Below, piece after piece: positions 62,013-64,000 of a stretch of 64,000 bases of DNA. The notes below the pieces were generated by a model. That model was given only the letters and a program-made list of their open reading frames with translations, ran no database searches and was not told the DNA's origin. Positions within the stretch are counted from its first letter, which is position 1; the number at the start of each line of letters is the position of its first letter. Made by a program: the position numbers and the translations under genes. Origin of the DNA: Podarcis pityusensis (taxonomy: Eukaryota); the NCBI GenBank assembly GCA_964106645.2, contig OZ067039.1. One strand, 5' to 3'.

Positions 62013-62372
62013 AAGGTAAAGGTAAATGGACCCCTGACCATTAGGTCCAGTCATGGCTGACTCTGAGGTTGTGGCGCTCATCTCGCTTTATTGGCCGAGG
62101 GAGCCGGTGTACAGCTTCTGGGTCATGTAGCCAGCATGACTAAGCCACTTCTGGTGAACCAGAGCAGCACACGGAAACGCCGTTTACCTTCCCGCCGGAG
62201 CGGTACCTATTTATTTATCTATTTGCACTTTGACATGTTTTCGAACTGCTAGGTGGGCAGGAGCAGGGACCGAGCAACGGGAACTCACCCCGTTGTGGCG
62301 ATTCGAACCGCCAACCTTCTGATTGGCAAGTCCTAGGCTCTGTGGTTTAACCCACAGTGCCACCCGCGTCCC
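62013..62372 (-). mobile_element. Sauria SINE (Squam1), full length
   Basis: Reverse complement of the Sauria SINE pattern; TSD catatgcacgtggta / catatgcatgttgta. Confidence 0.93.
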
Positions 62373-62473
62373 ACATATGCATGTTGTACCACCCCTTAAA
62401 ACCAGGTGGCAGATGACAGCCATAAACTCATCTTGGCCATGCTGCATCTTTTATTAAAAACTAGGGGGCACAA

Positions 62474-62578
62474 CGTGACCCGGAAGTGTCTCCGGACAGC
62501 GCTGGCCCCCAGCCTCTTAAGTGAGATGGGCGCACAACCCTAGAGTCGGACACGACTGGCCCGTACGGGCAGGGGTAC
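62474..62578 (+). mobile_element. Sauria SINE 3' fragment (same subfamily as 21082) with almost no tail
   Basis: Perfect 13-bp TSD ctagggggcacaa at 62461-62473 and 62579-62591. Confidence 0.9.
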
Positions 62579-63839
62579 CTAGGGGGCACAAATGTTTTTT
62601 TGCTGATGCAATCAATCATTCACCATTGAAGAAATAACATGTTGAGGAGGAGAAGTTTTGAAAACATAGGATGATACTGAGATCAATAGATTTTAGTCCT
62701 TCAGTCCATGTATTTCAGCAGGTTTATTGTGTATCTGAATAATGTTGCATATCATCCATAAAGTTACAAATTCAAAGCTCTGCGTTGAGCCTTTTGCCTC
62801 TCGCAGGAGACTCTTAAAGAATCTCCAGTAGATTGGACTGGTATATCTATTCTAATGCTTCATGATAAATTATGTGTGTGAGGAAAGGGTGAAGGAAATA
62901 AAATTGTCCGTTCTGTGTTCCTTCAAATGCTGGATCACCTTTTAAAAAACAATGTCCCTGTCAGTGTTAAGTAAAAACTGAAACATGCTGGGCAGTGCCG
63001 AGAACTGTACAAAGACAAGTTCAGATCAGGAGTGTGAATGGAATTTGTAAAACTCCATTCCAGTGAGTGAAGATTTTGAGGCAGCAGCAGACAGGAAGAC
63101 AACCACAAGGGAAGTGATATCTTCATGCAAACCTAGCCTTCTGTAGGAATACCAATAACAGTCCATCTGTGGACCCATAGGGGATGTCTTCAGTTGTCTC
63201 TGATGACTATAGCTGTAGGGGTTGAAGTATGTTGCTATTAGGAGTTGTAAAATATGGCTCCTGTTTGCAAGAGTTCATTGCTGGAAAGGGAGATTTTCAC
63301 AGCAGGGGTGCAAAAGCTTCACAGCCAAGACATCCGACTAAAACCTTTTCTTTCCCAGTTAAATAAAACTTTTGCTTCCAAACAGTGCCTGCTGAAATGA
63401 AAAATTGCATTTAGCTTTTTGCTTTTTTGCTGGCGGAAACACAGATATGACGTTATAACTTCTGCAGCAAAAGTAAGTCTGTCAATTTTCTATGCCACGT
63501 GTACATTTTATGATTGTGGTGGAATCTGCTTGGCACCATAAAATAAGCTACTTTTCTCTTGGATGGGGAAAAAGGACTCAGGGCACCATATGAGAACTTC
63601 CATATAGAAATGAATGTCAGGAGTAAAATCATGACAGCATGCATGAATACCCTTCAGGAGTTGCCAAATGGAAAGAAGAGTCTTTCAATGCCATTAAATG
63701 AGAATTTAAAATGGAAAAGAAGGAGGAGAGTGGATGTATGCTAGACCAGACAATCTGGAAGAATTTGGTAGTAGGTAGTATTGTTGCCAGGGTCAGCCCT
63801 GGAGAGGGACAGTGAACACCAGGAAATAGCTTTTGAGTA

Positions 63840-64000
63840 GAGTGGTACCTTGGTTCTCAAGCACCTTGGTTCTCAAACACCTTGGTTCCCAAACACCAAA
63901 ACCCCAGAAGTAAATGTTCTGGTTTTCAAACATTTTTCGGAAGCCGAATGTCTGATGCAGCTGTCAGCTATTGTTTCCAGGGCGCCTGCACCAATCAGAA
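63840..64000. mobile_element. Tc1/mariner-pogo MITE related to family E, cut by the window end
   Basis: agtggtaccttggttctc with three accttggttc repeats. Confidence 0.65.

Noticed and set aside
61682-62081. ORFs spanning the N run
   Set aside because: Artefacts of translating through the assembly gap
1-64000. The many 60-160 aa ORFs in the track as host genes
   Set aside because: They overlap SINEs, MITEs or microsatellites (poly-E, poly-N, poly-L, HT/VC repeats) or show no recognisable domain or consistent exon chain

Overview
Vertebrate genomic DNA, most likely from a lacertid lizard, judged by the repeat content (Sauria/Squam1-type SINEs, Squam3-like SINEs, BovB, lizard L1, CR1, L2). No host protein-coding exon could be recognised, so the window reads as a large intron or gene desert. 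It is densely filled with often nested transposable elements: four 5'-truncated L1 copies (all on the - strand, one with an uninterrupted 676-aa RT/C-terminal frame and a short 3' transduction), BovB and other RTE fragments, CR1 and L2 remnants, many SINEs with TSDs, Tc1/mariner-pogo MITEs (TA TSD), hAT MITEs (8-bp TSD) and at least five LTR-like elements. Repeat-free, motif-rich blocks between them may be enhancers. There is one 142-N assembly gap. The main observation: three solo LTRs that share no obvious nucleotide similarity beyond TGTCAGG each carry a ~110-125-codon frame starting at LTR nucleotide 2 (V-R...). All three frames run acidic/low-complexity, then P-S/T, then Arg/Lys-rich, suggesting a conserved U3-encoded peptide, probably a Pol C-terminal extension. 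Family names come from recognition of consensus features, not from database searches.
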